This document shows, piece after piece, positions 50,483-61,258 of a stretch of 64,000 nt of DNA. A program made the translations under genes and the position numbers. Below the pieces are notes generated by a model, which worked only from the letters and a program-made list of their open reading frames with translations, was not told the origin of the DNA and did no database searches. Origin of the DNA: Patescibacteria group bacterium UBA6241 (lineage in GTDB: Bacteria > Patescibacteriota > Minisyncoccia > Phycocordibacterales > Phycocordibacteraceae); contig DJWB01000001.1 in assembly GCA_002441425.1 (NCBI GenBank), positions 15,087 through 79,086 of the forward strand, written 5' to 3'. Within the stretch, counting starts at the first letter, position 1, and each line of letters starts with the position of its first letter.

Positions 50483-51025
50483 ATGAAAAGAATAGTTGTC
50501 GCATCAAAGAATCCCGTAAAGATAAATGCAGCACAGCAGGCCTTTGAGGCTATGTTTCCCGAGGAGGAGTTTGAAAGTACGGGTGTCTCTGTTGTGTCTG
50601 GAGTATCAGATCAACCGCTGAGCGATGAAGAAACATATACAGGAGCACTTAACAGAGCAACTGCTGCAAAAGCAGCGGAACCCTCTGCAGATTACTGGGT
50701 TAGTTTTGAAGGTGGAGCTGAAGATAAAAATGGAGAGATTGAGGCGTTCGCGTGGGTATTGATTGAGGACCGTACAGGTTTGATAGGCAAGGGAAGATCA
50801 GCCACTTTCTTCTTGCCCCCTGCAGTAGCTGAGCTCATGCGGGAGGGGAAAGAACTCGGAGAGGCAGACGATATTGTATTTGGACTCACCAATTCAAAGC
50901 AGAATGATGGAACTATTGGGTCCCTCACTGGGGGACTCGTTACGCGCACCAGCTACTATGTAGACGCTGCAGTGCTTGCCCTCATTCCATTTAAGAATCT
51001 TTCCCTATACCGCCCTGAAGCCTAA
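50483..51025 (+). CDS. yjjX: Inosine/xanthosine triphosphatase
   Basis: ASKNPVKI, SGVSDQP, ELGEA.D, KQ..G.IG.LT. Confidence 0.9.
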   Translation: MKRIVVASKNPVKINAAQQAFEAMFPEEEFESTGVSVVSGVSDQPLSDEETYTGALNRATAAKAAEPSADYWVSFEGGAEDKNGEIEAFAWVLIEDRTGLIGKGRSATFFLPPAVAELMREGKELGEADDIVFGLTNSKQNDGTIGSLTGGLVTRTSYYVDAAVLALIPFKNLSLYRPEA

Positions 51026-51060
51026 ATGCTATACTAAACAGACCTAAACAATATAAATGT

Positions 51061-51318
51061 ATGGACAAGACAGTAACAATTTACACCACACCAACCTGCC
51101 ACTTCTGCCAGATGAGCAAGGAATTCTTTAAGGAGAATAATGTTGCATACACTGAGTACAATGTTGCACAGGACATGGAGAAGCGTCAGGAAATGATTGA
51201 TAAGAGCGGACAGATGGGTGTCCCTGTTATCTTCATCGGAGACGAGATGATCGTTGGATTTGATAAGGGGCGCTTTGTTTCAGCGCTCGGTTTGGGAGGC
51301 GAAGCACCTCAGGCATAA
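51061..51318 (+). CDS. Glutaredoxin-like (NrdH/YruB) protein
   Basis: YTTPTCHFC, SGQMGVPV, GFD. Confidence 0.92.
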   Translation: MDKTVTIYTTPTCHFCQMSKEFFKENNVAYTEYNVAQDMEKRQEMIDKSGQMGVPVIFIGDEMIVGFDKGRFVSALGLGGEAPQA

Positions 51319-51380
51319 GGAAGCGCACATAAAACCCCGTAGCAGAAAGCTACGGGGTTTTATGCTAGTCTCGTATTATT

Positions 51381-51452
51381 CCCCTCGTAGCTCAATGGAT
51401 AGAGCATCTCACTCCTAACGAGACGATGTAGGTCCGATTCCTGCCGAGGGGA
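51381..51452 (+). tRNA. tRNA-Arg(CCT), atypical
   Basis: CCCCTCG/CGAGGGG acceptor; loop CT-CCT-AA; T-loop TCCGATT. Confidence 0.85.
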
Positions 51453-51498
51453 CAAATGAAAAGACCGCCTTTTTTTGGGGCGGTCGGAGAAGATGTCG

Positions 51499-51642
51499 TT
51501 ACTTCTCTTCCGGTCTCAGGTCGCCATTGCGACCCTCCAAAAGAGCGTCCACGACGTCTCGTTGCGCTTCCGGATCCTGGACAGGTTCCGGAGCAGGCGG
51601 CGGCGAAGGTTCTCGCGGTCCGTCAAACACAGGTTCAGTCAC
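51499..51642 (-). CDS. 47-aa Pro-rich acidic orphan peptide (absent from ORF track)
   Basis: GTG start, SD GAGGGAG; MTEPVFDGPREPSPPPAPEPVQDPEAQRDVVDALLEGRNGDLRPEEK; terminator GACCGCC..GGCGGTCTTTT at 51459-51485. Confidence 0.65.
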   Translation of the reverse strand: MTEPVFDGPREPSPPPAPEPVQDPEAQRDVVDALLEGRNGDLRPEEK

Positions 51643-51749
51643 TTTGTTTCAGCTCCCTCGTGCATACTTCGCATCCCGAGTGGACACGAAGAATATAGTT
51701 TTAGCCAAAATGGTATTTTTGTAAACCCCGATGCTATACTTTCTTATAT

Positions 51750-52043
51750 ATGCCCCCACAGGAACTAGAGCGACTCGTTAAAGAAACACGCCAGCTTGCA
51801 GAAGATAATAATCGTTTGCTCCGCCGCATTCGCAGAGATGCATTGCTTGGGTTTGTGGCAAAAATTGTGCTCTGGCTTGTTGTTCTTGGAGTCCCGCTCT
51901 TCTTCTTGGGCACATATCTTGGACCTATTATGGACGCTTTGTCAGGGTCTGGAAGTGAGAGCTTTAAGCCGGGACTTTTTGGCCTTCCCTCAGAGGAGCA
52001 AGTTAACAAGCTCATAGAGCAGTACCAGTCTCAGTACCAATAG
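51750..52043 (+). CDS. Hypothetical single-TM protein
   Basis: LAEDNNRLLRRIRR then TM; TATACT 9 nt before ATG. Confidence 0.75.
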   Translation: MPPQELERLVKETRQLAEDNNRLLRRIRRDALLGFVAKIVLWLVVLGVPLFFLGTYLGPIMDALSGSGSESFKPGLFGLPSEEQVNKLIEQYQSQYQ

Positions 52044-52081
52044 GTGGAAAGGTTTCCCTGATGTGCTAAAATCGTGCCATT

Positions 52082-52157
52082 GCTTGGGTAGCTCAGTTGG
52101 TAGAGCATTCGCCTGAAGAGCGAAGGGTCACCGGTTCGACCCCGGTCCCAAGCACCA
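52082..52157 (+). tRNA. tRNA-Phe(GAA), CCA encoded
   Basis: GCTTGGG/CCCAAGC, TTCGC-ct-GAA-ga-GCGAA, GGTTCGAC. Confidence 0.97.
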
Positions 52158-52181
52158 AAAAGAGGGGTGTATAGTGTACAC

Positions 52182-53267
52182 ATGAAGACCGTGCGAAAGG
52201 TACTTGCTTGGGCGCAAAGAAATGAACGACACCTCGGAGGGATCGTTTTCTTCTTTGGTTTCCTTACAGACCTCCTCACATTCACGCTGCTAGATATTTC
52301 TATACTGAACTTTGTGTTCGGAGGTTATTTGGTTGCCACATACATTGCAGTCTTTTTAGTGCATCTTGTTTCTAAGGAAGTTGCTCGCCCTTCAGTCTTC
52401 AGGCGCTCAGTGCGAGTTCTGTTGCCGCTTGTTGCGCAGTACCTAATTGCAAATATGCTCTCTGGGTTTCTTATCTTTTATACAAAGAGCTCTGTGCTCT
52501 TTGTATCTTGGCCGTTCATTATTCTCCTCGGTCTCGTATTCCTCGGAAACGAATGGTTCAGGACATACAAGGATCGCTTGATATTCCTTGCAACACTTCT
52601 TTTCTTTACCACATACGCATATACAATCTTTGCGCTCCCGCTTTTTGTACATACGCTAGGTCCCTTGGTATTCCTTGGAAGTACTGCAATTTCAGTTGGT
52701 ATCTTTGCCGCATTTCTTTTCCTTCTTTGGAGGACAGGACCAAAGCGATTGCAGGGAAGTCTCTTGCCTACGATTGGAACTTCGCTTGCCGTTCTGATTG
52801 TTATGGTCTCAAGCTATTTTACGGGTCTTATTCCTCCAATTCCCTTAACACTTAAGGAGTCCGGTATATATCACACACTTACCCGATCCGAGGGTTCCTA
52901 TGTCTTGCATGGAGAGAAGAATAAAGAGTGGTGGGATCCAAGACCACAGACACTGCATGTTATTGAGGGAGAGACGGTCTATGCATATACAGCAGTATTT
53001 GCACCTATACAGTTTGGTACTTCAGTAGTGCACCGATGGGAATACTACGATCAGAGTACGAAGAAATGGACATCTCGTGGAATCATTAGCTTTCCTATTG
53101 CAGGAGGACGAGCGGGAGGATACAGAGGATACTCTGAACAAACTAATCTAACGTCAGGGAGTTGGCGTGTCCGTGTTGAAACCTCAAACGGGCAAACAAT
53201 CGGGCAGATACCTTTCTCTGTAGAGCGTGTGCCAGCGTTGCCTCCGCTTCGTAAAGAGGTGAAATAA
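52182..53267 (+). CDS. DUF2914 domain membrane protein
   Basis: IPPIPL, YAYTAVFAP, HRW, GGR..GYRGYS, W.V.VET. Confidence 0.88.
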   Translation: MKTVRKVLAWAQRNERHLGGIVFFFGFLTDLLTFTLLDISILNFVFGGYLVATYIAVFLVHLVSKEVARPSVFRRSVRVLLPLVAQYLIANMLSGFLIFYTKSSVLFVSWPFIILLGLVFLGNEWFRTYKDRLIFLATLLFFTTYAYTIFALPLFVHTLGPLVFLGSTAISVGIFAAFLFLLWRTGPKRLQGSLLPTIGTSLAVLIVMVSSYFTGLIPPIPLTLKESGIYHTLTRSEGSYVLHGEKNKEWWDPRPQTLHVIEGETVYAYTAVFAPIQFGTSVVHRWEYYDQSTKKWTSRGIISFPIAGGRAGGYRGYSEQTNLTSGSWRVRVETSNGQTIGQIPFSVERVPALPPLRKEVK

Positions 53268-53296
53268 GAAAAGACCCGCGATGTGCGGGTCTTTTC

Positions 53297-53803
53297 TTAT
53301 CCTGCCTTAACGCGCAGCTTTGTTTGCCTTGCCTTATCTAGCTTCGGAAGAATGATGGAGAGCAACCCGTCCTTAGCTCCTGCAGAAGAGTTGTCTACAT
53401 CAACTTCTTGGGGAAGGAGAATAGTTCGTGAGAAAGATCCCCAGAATAGTTCGCGGGTGAAGTAGTCTGAATCAAGTACCGAGTCTCGCTCGTCTCGTGA
53501 GCCCTCAATAACAACCATATCGCGGCTTATAGATACATTGAGCTCGTCTGGGCGCACCCCTGCTACGAATGCGCGAATGACGATCTCATTAGGAGTCTGA
53601 TACACATCAACTGGAAGCTGACCCTCGCTGTGCTCTTCTTCAACAGTTGAAAGAATACTGCGAGAAGGCAGGTCTGAAGAGACAGCAGTGCGCACAGGTG
53701 CTTGCATGCCTGACTGCATTGGCAAGTCGTCATCAAAGCCATCGTACTGGTCATCCATAGGAGCGGAGCCAGAGAGTCTATCGAAGAATGATCGTTTTTT
53801 CAT
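53297..53803 (-). CDS. Hsp20/alpha-crystallin small heat-shock protein
   Basis: VDVYQT, ELFWGSFSRTILLP, KDGLL.I.LPK. Confidence 0.93.
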   Translation of the reverse strand: MKKRSFFDRLSGSAPMDDQYDGFDDDLPMQSGMQAPVRTAVSSDLPSRSILSTVEEEHSEGQLPVDVYQTPNEIVIRAFVAGVRPDELNVSISRDMVVIEGSRDERDSVLDSDYFTRELFWGSFSRTILLPQEVDVDNSSAGAKDGLLSIILPKLDKARQTKLRVKAG

Positions 53804-53812
53804 AAGAGGAGT

Positions 53813-54520
53813 CTAGCAGGTATTTTTAGGTAAACGGTGATAGCGAATGTACTTTAGTAGTTCAAAGAGAGCGAAGAATACAACAGCTCCGCTCCACACC
53901 ACAAAGAACGCAAACAGCGTGTATGAGCCGTTACCATCAATTATAAGGAAGTTGAAAAGGGCATGCAATGCAATTGCAAGGATAAGTCCTATGGTTGTAT
54001 AGATCGTGCGCACCCAACGAGGCTTCATGAACGCGAATGCCATGGCAAATCCGATGGTTGATGAAGCTACTACATGAAGCAATGTGGACCCAACGAAGCG
54101 TAGGTTTCCTGTAAGAAGCCCCTCAAGAATGTTTCCTCCGGAGAAAGGAGCAATAAGGAAAAGCACGTTCTCAAGTGCTGCAAACCCAAGTGCAACCGTG
54201 AGCATGTAAATAACCATATCTACAGACTCGTTAACTGACTTGCGCCAGAGTACAACGAGCGCTGCAAGGCCGTACTTAATAGTTTCTTCAATTGCCGCCC
54301 ACGCAATAATAACGGGAACTCCTGCAGGAAGTGCGAGGATGGCAAGACGCTCTAAAGGAAGTACTAAGGGTACAGAGAGCGCTCCGGCAATAACCGCAAG
54401 CATAATCATGGTCTTAGGTTCAGGACACCTAGAATCCTCCTTAAGGAGGAAATACAACCATATCATTGCAGGCAAAACACCTCCCAGGAAGGCGAAGAGT
54501 GCTGTCTCTGTTGAGATCAT
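53813..54520 (-). CDS. PrsW-family intramembrane protease
   Basis: EETIK, ALGFAALEN, LH, HALFN. Confidence 0.92.
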   Translation of the reverse strand: MISTETALFAFLGGVLPAMIWLYFLLKEDSRCPEPKTMIMLAVIAGALSVPLVLPLERLAILALPAGVPVIIAWAAIEETIKYGLAALVVLWRKSVNESVDMVIYMLTVALGFAALENVLFLIAPFSGGNILEGLLTGNLRFVGSTLLHVVASSTIGFAMAFAFMKPRWVRTIYTTIGLILAIALHALFNFLIIDGNGSYTLFAFFVVWSGAVVFFALFELLKYIRYHRLPKNTC

Positions 54521-54524
54521 TCCC

Positions 54525-56708
54525 TTATTCTACACTGCCCGTACCCGGCCAAGGACTAATCATGAGGAAAGGAGCCTCTGGCTTAAGAGACTTCCATATT
54601 TCTTCTGTAACAAACGGCATAAATGGGTGAAGTCCTGCGAGTACGTCTGAAAGCAGACTATGCAGAAGCGCTTTGCGGGAAGCGTGTGCTTTCGCATCGT
54701 CTGAAGCAAACACCTGCTTAGAGTCTTCAATAAGCTCGTCAGCGAGACGATGCCATGCATAGTGATATAGCTTTTCAGCTACAAGGTGTATACGGTAGTT
54801 CTCAAAATCGTTAGTTACATCTTTAAGAATCTCGTCCAATTCAACGCCTAGCGCGCGATCTGCAACCGTTAGTTCAGCGGTGAGGTCAGCACCTTCGGTT
54901 TCTGAGAGAATATATCTCGCAATATTCCAAAGCTTGTTCGCAAAGTTCTTGTATCCCTTAACTTTGTTCTCATCAAAGCGGACATCGCTTCCTACTGCAG
55001 CACCAACTAAAAGACCCATGCGAAGTGCATCAGCTCCAAAGCGGTCTATCATGTCTATAGGATCAATACCGTTTCCAAGTGACTTGCTAAACTTCTGTCC
55101 CTTAGAATCGCGCACGAGTCCGTGGATCAACACGGTCTTGAAAGGTACTTGTCCCAAATGAAATCCACTCATAAGAATCATGCGAGACACCCATAGCGGA
55201 AGAATCTCATACGCAGGAGACATAAATGAGGTTGGATGGAATGTACGTAGGTCTCTCGTATCTTCTGGCCAGCCAAGTGTTGAGAACGTCCAAAGCGCAG
55301 AGGAGAACCACGTATCAAGTACATCGGGGTCTTGAGTCCAACCATCTCCCTCGGGTGCAGTCTCCTGGCATACAATTTCATCTCCTCGGTACCACACTGG
55401 AATACGGTGCCCAAACCAAATCTGTCTGCTGATGCACCAGTCATGAAGATTGGTTATCCAGTGCTGGTATATTTTCTTAAAGTTTTCCTGAGGCATTGAA
55501 ACCTGCCCGCTTTCAACTGCCGCGCGCATAACTTCTTTCAAAGTAACGGTATCTCCGGTGGTAATACCTGGAATCTCAGAGTGGGGAATTGCAAAAGGTG
55601 TATTAACACCAACAAACCATTGCAACTTTGGAAGAGGCTCAATAATACCTCCGGTGCGCTCAGCAGTAGAAACATTCTGGGAGATGCTCTCCTCTGAGAC
55701 CATAAGTCCCTCTTCTCGCAGCCACGCGGCAACTGCCTCTCGTGCGTCGTTAACCTTAAGCCCAGACACACGACCCTCTGCAGTCATCTTCGCGTACTCA
55801 TTAATAACTATGCGGTCCTTAGGAAGATTGTGTCGCTCTGCAATATCCCAGTCTATTTGGCTGTGTGCAGGAGTAACGCCAAGCGCTCCAGTTCCAAATT
55901 CAGGATCAACTTCTGTATCTGCAACTATGCGTATTGAAAGAGGGATATCGCAAAACATAACTTCGTATGTCTTGCCAACGAACTCTTTGTACCTAGGATC
56001 GTCAGGGTGTACCGCAACAGCTACGTCGCCAACTTTTGTTTCAAGGCGTGTGGTCGCAACAGGAATAGGGAAATCCTTGCTGTACTTAAATGTGTAGAGA
56101 GTTGCAGTTCGCTCTTCATGCACAATCTCATCATCTGAAATTGTTGTCTGACCCTTTGGGTCCCAGTTAACGATACGGTTGCCGCGATATATAAGTCCTG
56201 CATCGTACATGCGTTTGAATGCAGTAAAGACAGCTTTGTTGCGGGTATCGTCTAGGGTGTATGCGTACCGAGACCAATCAAGAGAGGCGCCCATACGACG
56301 TACCTGAGAAAGAATGGTTGCCTCGCTTGCTTTTGCGAACTCCCCAACACGACGAACTAACTCCTCACGCCCGATATCATGTCTGCTCTTACCCTCTTCC
56401 TTCTGTATATTCTTTTCAACTCGTGCCTGCGTTGCAATTGCTGCTGAGTCAGTGCCTGGAATCCAAAGCGCTTTCTTTCCGCGCATGCGGTTAAAGCGGA
56501 TTACACTATCCTGCAACGAATCCTCGTACGCGTGCCCGAGATGCAGCACTCCAGTTACATTCGGGGGAGGGAGCACAATAGTAAAAGGCTCCTTTGAATC
56601 TGCATCCGGTAGATTGTCCGGATTAAAATATCCACTCTCTTCCCATTCAGTATATATACGCGCTTCTGTTGCGCTTGCGTCATAGGGCTTTAAAAACTTC
56701 TCGTCCAT
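54525..56708 (-). CDS. valS: Valine--tRNA ligase without C-terminal coiled coil
   Basis: PPPNVTG.LHLGH, DWCISRQIWFGH, LDTWFSS, KFSKS. Confidence 0.96.
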   Translation of the reverse strand: MDEKFLKPYDASATEARIYTEWEESGYFNPDNLPDADSKEPFTIVLPPPNVTGVLHLGHAYEDSLQDSVIRFNRMRGKKALWIPGTDSAAIATQARVEKNIQKEEGKSRHDIGREELVRRVGEFAKASEATILSQVRRMGASLDWSRYAYTLDDTRNKAVFTAFKRMYDAGLIYRGNRIVNWDPKGQTTISDDEIVHEERTATLYTFKYSKDFPIPVATTRLETKVGDVAVAVHPDDPRYKEFVGKTYEVMFCDIPLSIRIVADTEVDPEFGTGALGVTPAHSQIDWDIAERHNLPKDRIVINEYAKMTAEGRVSGLKVNDAREAVAAWLREEGLMVSEESISQNVSTAERTGGIIEPLPKLQWFVGVNTPFAIPHSEIPGITTGDTVTLKEVMRAAVESGQVSMPQENFKKIYQHWITNLHDWCISRQIWFGHRIPVWYRGDEIVCQETAPEGDGWTQDPDVLDTWFSSALWTFSTLGWPEDTRDLRTFHPTSFMSPAYEILPLWVSRMILMSGFHLGQVPFKTVLIHGLVRDSKGQKFSKSLGNGIDPIDMIDRFGADALRMGLLVGAAVGSDVRFDENKVKGYKNFANKLWNIARYILSETEGADLTAELTVADRALGVELDEILKDVTNDFENYRIHLVAEKLYHYAWHRLADELIEDSKQVFASDDAKAHASRKALLHSLLSDVLAGLHPFMPFVTEEIWKSLKPEAPFLMISPWPGTGSVE

Positions 56709-56757
56709 TACGTTTGAATATAACAAATAAGCGCTTGAAAGGCTTCTCTTGTAGACA

Positions 56758-56812
56758 TTGATTGATGAGTAGTTTTGTGTTACTATTTACGTACACACTC
56801 TTGAAAGGAGGT
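56758..56812 (+). promoter_or_regulatory. Promoter and perfect SD for the small orphan peptide
   Basis: TTGATT-17-TACTAT; AAAGGAGGT at 56804-56812. Confidence 0.7.
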
Positions 56813-56816
56813 GCTT

Positions 56817-56945
56817 GTGACGCAGACCCCCCAGGATCAATACGACGGACCCATGGAGGACCTTCCTCCGCCCCAAGGGCCGCCTTCCAATGAAAAGGGG
56901 CACGAGCAACCCTCACCCGAGGGAGGCTCACACTACGGTGAGTAA
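56817..56945 (+). CDS. 42-aa Pro-rich acidic orphan peptide (absent from ORF track)
   Basis: GTG start; MTQTPQDQYDGPMEDLPPPQGPPSNEKGHEQPSPEGGSHYGE; terminator CCCGCGTCA..TGATGCGGGTTTTT at 56956-56980. Confidence 0.75.
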   Translation: MTQTPQDQYDGPMEDLPPPQGPPSNEKGHEQPSPEGGSHYGE

Positions 56946-56979
56946 GATCTTTCCGCCCGCGTCAACTGATGCGGGTTTT

Positions 56980-58155
56980 TCATACCAACGATAGGTTTCC
57001 GTCAGCAGATAAAGACGCAGGATCTGAATACTTACCTTGAAGCGCACGATAGTATCCTGCGATTCCTATCATAATTGCATTGTCTGTTGTGAACATCGGA
57101 GCAGGAATACGCAGTTCAACCTCTGGGTGCTCTTGTGCGCACTTTTCTGTGAATACGCGTTGAATATTTGTGTTTGCTGAAACACCTCCTCCAAGTACGA
57201 GTGTCTGCGCATTTGTTTGGAGGAGCGCTCTGGAAGTTTTTGCAAAAAGCACATCAGCAACTGCATCTTCAAACTCTCTTGCGAGACCCTTCTTCTCAGA
57301 TTCAGAAAGCTCCGGGTGTGCCTTTAGGAAATACAGAACTGAAGTCTTGAGACCGGAGAAGGAGAAGTCTGTATGCGGGTCATGAATCATGGGACGGGGA
57401 AGGGTAACAGGAGCTTGGATATCTTCAGCTCTCGCTGCCTCTGCGAGACGCGATACCTCAGGTCCGCCTGGATAGGGTAGCGAAAGCATACGCGCTACTT
57501 TGTCGTATGCTTCTCCAACAGCATCGTCTCGTGTATGCCCAATCAATTCATATGAGAGCCAATCACGCATAGAAATAAGTTCCGTGTGTCCTCCAGAAAT
57601 AAGAAGTGCGAGCACAGGCAATTGAAGCTCTGAGATTACAAACTCTTCTCCCTCCGTACGCACCAGTCCAGACAAGAGATGTCCTTCCATGTGATTCACC
57701 CCGATAACAGGAATATCCCACAGTATAGAAAGAGCACGTGCGAAATTAACTCCAACCCATAGTGCAGGCGCAAGGCCAGGACCATGCGTAACTGCTATAG
57801 CGTCAACCAAAGGCTTGGCTGTGGTTTCAAGAAATGCAGTGAGCGCAGCGTTTAGCTCTGGTTCGCGAACAAGAAGTTCAGAGAGTTCTGCTTTCTGGTC
57901 CTCTGACAAAGTATTTGCATGAGACTCTAGGAGTCCTGCCTGAGAAAGTGCTTCGTGTAGAAGCGGCACAAGATTCTTTGCATGTTCTCTTTTAGCAAGT
58001 GCGGGGAATACCCCTCCGTATTCGCGGTGTATATCTACTTGAGACAAAAGTGCATTCCCAAGAATACGAAAACGCGCTGAATCTACTGATCCTTCAGCGT
58101 TAAGTATTGAGACCGCAGTCTCGTCACAAGATGTTTCAATCGAGAGGAGCTTCAT
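56980..58155 (-). CDS. tsaD: t6A tRNA modification protein TsaD with internal insertion
   Basis: IETSCDET, HMEGH, SGGHT, DDAVGEAYDK, FSFSGLKT, TDNA. Confidence 0.96.
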   Translation of the reverse strand: MKLLSIETSCDETAVSILNAEGSVDSARFRILGNALLSQVDIHREYGGVFPALAKREHAKNLVPLLHEALSQAGLLESHANTLSEDQKAELSELLVREPELNAALTAFLETTAKPLVDAIAVTHGPGLAPALWVGVNFARALSILWDIPVIGVNHMEGHLLSGLVRTEGEEFVISELQLPVLALLISGGHTELISMRDWLSYELIGHTRDDAVGEAYDKVARMLSLPYPGGPEVSRLAEAARAEDIQAPVTLPRPMIHDPHTDFSFSGLKTSVLYFLKAHPELSESEKKGLAREFEDAVADVLFAKTSRALLQTNAQTLVLGGGVSANTNIQRVFTEKCAQEHPEVELRIPAPMFTTDNAIMIGIAGYYRALQGKYSDPASLSADGNLSLV

Positions 58156-58987
58156 CAATCTTTTCCCAAGGGAACGGTCCCTCGCGAGGAATAAGGAATC
58201 CAGCAGAGTTTGGATGTCCGTTTCCTCCATACTTCTGTGCAATCTTTGCGACATCAACAGACCCGTCGCCACGAATAGAAACGCCATATCCGCTTGGATG
58301 AGCGGTCACGGTTAAAGAGAGCGGTCCCTTCTTTTTAACAAGCATGTTTCCAACCAATGACTTCATTGGCTTGATTGGGTGCGCAGTACCGAAGTAGCAC
58401 TCGTATCCTTCAAAAGAAACTAGCTTTGCTTGGTCTGCAGCAACGGTTGCGAGAAGCTCAAAGTATTCCGCATATATGCGTGCCTTTGAGAAAAGCACCT
58501 CGCTTTTCTCAGGATCGTCCAAGATCTGTGCGATCTCGTCCCACACTTCAAATTCAAAGGGGCGCACCTCAAGGTACGAAAGGAGTGGGCGAGTATCTGA
58601 AAGAGAGAATCTAAACAGATCATCATCCTCAATGTGTGTGAGGAGTGTAGGTATCTTTGTATCTGGATGAAAGAAGCTCCATGCGATAGTTGCTCCTGAT
58701 CGGTCTGAGTCAAAAACATACTTCGGCATGCTCTCCACGACATCCCGTACTCCCTCATGGTGATCCAGAACGGTAACTGATGCAGCTGCTGCTACAAACG
58801 TATCCATGATTTCTTTAGGGAAGCTGAAATCAATAAAATACACATCAGCACCCGTTACGTCTTCTTCAGGGACAGAGCCATGACGCAATCCTATGTATTC
58901 TGCAGAATCGCCAAACTTCTTCCAGGCACTATATGCGCCCCCAAAGCCGTCAGGGCAATGTCCGTGATAAAAGACAATCGTTCGCAT
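58136..58987 (-). CDS. DHH/DHHA1 phosphoesterase
   Basis: HGHCPDG, LDHH, GGNGHPNSAG. Confidence 0.9.
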   Translation of the reverse strand: MRTIVFYHGHCPDGFGGAYSAWKKFGDSAEYIGLRHGSVPEEDVTGADVYFIDFSFPKEIMDTFVAAAASVTVLDHHEGVRDVVESMPKYVFDSDRSGATIAWSFFHPDTKIPTLLTHIEDDDLFRFSLSDTRPLLSYLEVRPFEFEVWDEIAQILDDPEKSEVLFSKARIYAEYFELLATVAADQAKLVSFEGYECYFGTAHPIKPMKSLVGNMLVKKKGPLSLTVTAHPSGYGVSIRGDGSVDVAKIAQKYGGNGHPNSAGFLIPREGPFPWEKIDEAPLD

Positions 58988-58990
58988 AGA

Positions 58991-60265
<1,275 letters not shown>

Positions 60266-61201
60266 CTAGAGAGGCCAGGCTTCGCCATAGGAGGCAGTAA
60301 ATCGCTCGGCAAGCGCTTCTTTTGAAGGCGCGTGGTGCTGTCCGCCGTGTGATTCAACTGCGTAGGCAGCAAGGGTAGCTCCTATACGTGCACAGGTCTC
60401 GTTGGAAAGACCTTTTATATATCCTGCAAGGAAACCAGCACGAAAGGCATCGCCTGCGCCTGTTGGGTCAACTGCCTCTGCCTGCACTGCTGGAACATGC
60501 ACAGTCTCTTCTTTTGTCTGAATTCGTGCTCCCTTTGATCCGAGCGTTACCACTAAGAAAGAGACTCGCTCAAGAATGTCTGCTTCGGTCCATCCAGTTT
60601 TCTGCAATACGAGCGCCAATTCGTAGTCGTTAACAAAGAGCGCATTAGATAAAGAGATTGCTTCCTGGAGTGATTCTTTAGAAAAAGCAGGAATCTGTTG
60701 TCCTGGATCAAAGAAGCAAGGCACACTAGCCTCGGCACTAAGCTTCACAAAAGAATTCATGTCTTCAATGTTGGTGGGAGATACGAGAACCGCTTTTCTT
60801 TCTGAAAGATCTATTTTCTCTGCGTAGGGAAGTCCTCCAGCTCCGGGAGCAAACGAAGTTATCTGATTGTTGTGCATGTCTGACATGATGTACGCGCCTG
60901 CTGTCAGAAGCTCATCATTTGTTGCAATAGTGTCTGTGCTAATGCTGTGTGCGTGTAGGTGCTCCTCGTATGACTGTCTGTCCTTTCCAAGGGATGCAAC
61001 ACAATCTGCTGAAAGCCCGAGCAATGAAAGGTTGTAGGTAATGTTTCCTGCAGTACCTCCAAATTCCTGGGTAACCGTATCAATCAAAAAGCCCACACTC
61101 AGCTGGTGCAGTTTCTCAGGAAGGAAGTGATCTCCAAAAGAGCCGGAGAACTGCATAATTCGGTCATACGCGAGCGATCCCACGAGTACTATTTCATTCA
61201 T
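60266..61201 (-). CDS. PfkB-family kinase, probable adenosine kinase
   Basis: GSLAYD, FGGTAGNI, DPGQQ, NDYE, DPTGAGDAF. Confidence 0.85.
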   Translation of the reverse strand: MNEIVLVGSLAYDRIMQFSGSFGDHFLPEKLHQLSVGFLIDTVTQEFGGTAGNITYNLSLLGLSADCVASLGKDRQSYEEHLHAHSISTDTIATNDELLTAGAYIMSDMHNNQITSFAPGAGGLPYAEKIDLSERKAVLVSPTNIEDMNSFVKLSAEASVPCFFDPGQQIPAFSKESLQEAISLSNALFVNDYELALVLQKTGWTEADILERVSFLVVTLGSKGARIQTKEETVHVPAVQAEAVDPTGAGDAFRAGFLAGYIKGLSNETCARIGATLAAYAVESHGGQHHAPSKEALAERFTASYGEAWPL

Positions 61202-61258
61202 TGCGTTCAGCGTACCACGTCAATGAAAGCTTCATAGATCGCGGTATACTATGTCTCT

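Noticed and set aside
56680-56931. 83-aa minus-strand ORF in the track
   Set aside because: The plus strand has promoter, SD, ORF and terminator; this ORF is its shadow
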